A stretch of DNA of 64,000 nt from Mytilus edulis (lineage: Eukaryota): NCBI RefSeq assembly GCF_963676685.1, contig NC_092346.1, positions 2,232,001 to 2,296,000 of the forward strand, in the 5' to 3' direction. Each line of letters opens with the position of its first letter. The stretch's first letter is position 1. The position numbers were made by a program, and so were the translations under genes. Shown piece by piece: positions 60,815 to 64,000 of the stretch. The notes beneath the pieces are model-generated. The model was given only the letters and a program-made list of their open reading frames with translations, had not been told where the DNA came from and ran no database searches.

Positions 60815-62777
60815 ATGGGCTGTGGAACATCCCGAGTTAACCCCGACGGGGAAAAAGAAGCAGCCACACCCAGACCTAACCCAAACAAGAGCAGAAATGG
60901 ATTAGTACCGAATGGAGAAACTAAAACATTTGATAAGAAGACAGCTGTGGATTCTAATGCTAACATTCCCAGTCAAAGACCAGGTAGGACATGAACTGTG
61001 CATTTTGGCCTTAATTATTACATGTATATACTGCAAATGCATTTATTATTTCAAATTTTAGGCCTAAATGCATTTTTTTTTCAATATTGAGAAAAATCCT
61101 GTTTAATTCATATAGAATATTTCAAAATGCAAGTTTAAATTATTGCATTTACAACTCGGTCACATTTTTCGCAATAATAAAAACCTCCCAATAATTTATG
61201 AATTTACAGTAACTTCTTCATATCCTTTTACTTGTAATAATTAAGCCAACAGTTACTTTCAAATTACAGTTTAATTTGGTGTCATTTGTGTGCATATTTG
61301 GACACAAATTGAAGACTCTTGATCTACACCCTAAACATTTTTAAAGGGAAATCACTGATACGGTATACATAAACAAAACAACATTTATATATGATATAAT
61401 GAGGATGCTTGTATACATTTATGTACACATTTTTTTTAATGTGTTTGGAGGCCTTGAAAAAGTCATACATGTATACTTTGTCCCTCTGCCAATATTTGAT
61501 AAATTCATTGTATGAAAACTTTTTATACATGTAAATTCATTTAATCTTGTCAATTGCTAAATACTTTCAACTTTTACAAGGAGCTTGGACATGTATTTTG
61601 TAATTTGTATGACAAACAAGTTAAATACTACATATGTATCTTGTAATAAACTTTAAAGATACAAGTATACATAAACAAAGTAAAAATCAATTGTTTAACA
61701 TTTGATAATCTGAAGTTTACTATATGTGAACAAACAAAATTTCCGTTTTAATTAATTGATAGATTTCATGTTGAAACAACCAAGTACCAAGTTGTACAGT
61801 ATATCACATGTAATTAAACCTGATCCCACAACACTCCTAAACTTTGCCTCATTGAACAATCAATTAACAATTTATAGGGAAGGAAAGTGGTCAGGTAAAA
61901 AAAATAATTAATTATTTATATCACATCATATAAATGTTTGTATTTCGTTGCCATGTAAATAAAGTGATAATCTTATATAGGATCACACTTATAAAAAATT
62001 AAAAAGTTTATGATTTTCTGAAAAGAATTCAGTAAATTTGTTTATCTAAAAAGAAATCAGAATTATGTCTGTGATATACATATGATATAAACATATTACT
62101 TCACTTGTGCATTTCTCAGTCTGTTTGTGAAAATATTTTATAATCTTAATATTTCTGAAACAAATTGCAATGAAGGTTTTACTTTAAATGCTACTTATTT
62201 CATGGTTTTACTGTTTAAGTGTGGCCTTAGCAAACATTTAGCATGAAACATTTAACAGGCTATTATTTGAACTTGGAATTATTTTTAATTATGGAATTTG
62301 CATAATTTCTTGTGTTTAAAATTTTTAATAAATTCCATGTTTATTTGGTATTATTATCTTTTGAGTGGTTAATAACACTTTCTATACAATGTATTTTGGT
62401 TAGATAGTGTTGTGCGCGGCACAGTACATTCTATTGAAAATATACTATTTTCTTTGTAATAGAAAGTATTGTGCGCAGCACAGTCTTACTGAACATTTCA
62501 GTACAGAATAAACATGAATTACTAAAAATTTCAATAACAAGATTTAGAAATCAAGCAAATTCCATAATTAAAAATAATTCCAAGTTCAATTAATAGCCTG
62601 TTATTTGTATTTCAGACAATTTGTGAGGTTTTGTTGTATGAGCTCAAAGATAAGCACATAACAAACTGAATATATTTTACATTTGTTTCAGTTCCAAAGT
62701 CTGTGGCTTTCGAAGTTTTATTGGATGAGAATAAATCAGACAGTTTGATAAAGAAACATCCTCCAATGAGAATTCAG
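60815..62777 (+). CDS. CCDC198(FAME)/stathmin-domain-like protein, N-terminal exons; gene continues beyond window
   Basis: Exons 60815-60983 and 62692-62777 join in phase: MGCGTSRVNPDGEKEAATPRP...PSQRP|VPKSVAFEVLLDENKSDSLIKKHPPMRIQ. MGCxxS lipidation motif. The second exon resembles the FDIPL...SIIKRHPPQRLQ segment of CCDC198 (recalled, needs a search). Confidence 0.7.
62253..62603. mobile_element. MITE with ~49-bp TIR
   Basis: TAACAGGCTATTATTTGAACTTGGAATTATTTTTAATTATGGAATTTGC and its near-perfect reverse complement ending at 62603. Confidence 0.8.
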
Positions 62778-62926
62778 GTAACAGTTATATTCTCAAATAA
62801 TTATGACATGTATATACAGTCAACATGCAGATCAGCCAAATTTTGTCAGTTTTTCCCAATGGTATCCTATTTTTTTTCAACCTGGCAAAATGTCATGGTT
62901 CTCTTACGGCAGTCTGTCTCCTGTAA

Positions 62927-63291
62927 GTCCCAGTCCCACTAGACCACGATCGCACCATGCTCACTGCGATCTAAAATAAATTCAGATCATGGTGAGGTCG
63001 CAGTATGAGCAGCATGTTATTGTTAATTTTCATTGTTTTCACTATGATACTACGTCCTTATTACGCTTCTAACACAATCCCGCTACGATTATACCACGTT
63101 CTCACCATGCTTTTTCTACGATTAACCCGATCTTAAAATCTTCAAAGTTGACCACGCTCATCACGATCTTGAAGACCTCACCACGACCATGATACGACCT
63201 TACTGCGATTTACAAGATCGCACTACAATCGTCAAAATTTGCATTTTTTTCACAGATCGTAGTGCGATTGTGGCCTAGTGGGACTGCAGTA
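62927..63291. mobile_element. MITE, PIF/Harbinger-like, CACG-rich interior
   Basis: CAGTCCCACTAGACCACGATCGCAC and GTGCGATTGTGGCCTAGTGGGACTG. TAA/TTA flanks. Confidence 0.75.
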
Positions 63292-64000
63292 TTACCAATA
63301 AGCAATTAAAACTTGTAGCCAAGATAAAACCAATATTGCTTAAAGTGGTGTTAAATACCATGAATAAATCAATCGCTTTATTGGGTAGCCCAAACAGTAA
63401 CAAAGACATACATTTTAACCTGTCCACTATGGGAGGCCACTCTAATTTACCTAGGTAAATGTTGTAAAAATGTTGAACACAATAAAGCTGAATTGCTAAT
63501 GAATTAAATAAGTTGAGTCCAAGTATTAAGTTGGGTGACATTTCATTCCATAGGATTAGCACAGGAGATTATCTAGAATTTTGTCCAAATGACAAAATTC
63601 ACCTGTTCTGTAGTTTAAAGGTTGCTAATTAGAGGTCAATGTCTACACTGGTTGTCTTTAATCAACTTGATGGATTACTTGGTATAATTTTAGTCATTGA
63701 TTTGACAGAGAAGAATAAATTGATTTATAAAGAGGAACCGAAATGATAAACTGGTCTTAACAATAGTTACAACTAACAAATTTAAAATTGAGTAGGTAAA
63801 ACACAAATAATAAAATCTGAAAGATATGTATAGGTCACTTTTTCAAACTACCCAACATGATAAAGTTGAGAATTTTGATCAAATATATAATACGGTTGCT
63901 GATTATATCATATGTTACATCTGAAACTTAATTGTTATATTAGCTACATTATGGTTCAGAGTAACACTTAATAAAAGACCGACTTGACAATATAAGTTTC

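Overview
AT-rich eukaryotic genomic DNA with spliceosomal introns. The repeat families suggest a bivalve mollusc, probably Mytilus-like (inference). Six protein-coding genes alternate strictly in orientation (- + - + - +): kanadaptin/SLC4A1AP (exon 1 only, runs off the left edge), a KLHL9/13-like BTB-BACK-Kelch gene (2 coding exons, ~613 aa), mitochondrial ABCB10 (13 exons, ~654 aa, GC-AG first intron), POP5 (5 exons, head-to-head with ABCB10), kynurenine 3-monooxygenase KMO (14 coding exons, ~467 aa), and the 5' end of an MGCxxS-type CCDC198(FAME)/stathmin-domain-like gene at the right edge. Exon boundaries were read by hand and are phase-consistent. Introns and intergenic DNA are full of mobile DNA: a young 5'-truncated RTE-X-like LINE, LINE and transposase relics, at least seven Helentron/HINE (pearl-like) elements, most carrying internal satellite arrays, and many MITEs with different target-site duplications (TSDs). 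There is no CRISPR array and no recognisable rRNA or tRNA gene. I found no clear-cut new multi-gene system. The most unusual pattern is that minisatellites cluster right next to splice sites, and two local duplications copy real exon/donor junctions (ABCB10 exon 8, KMO exon 9).
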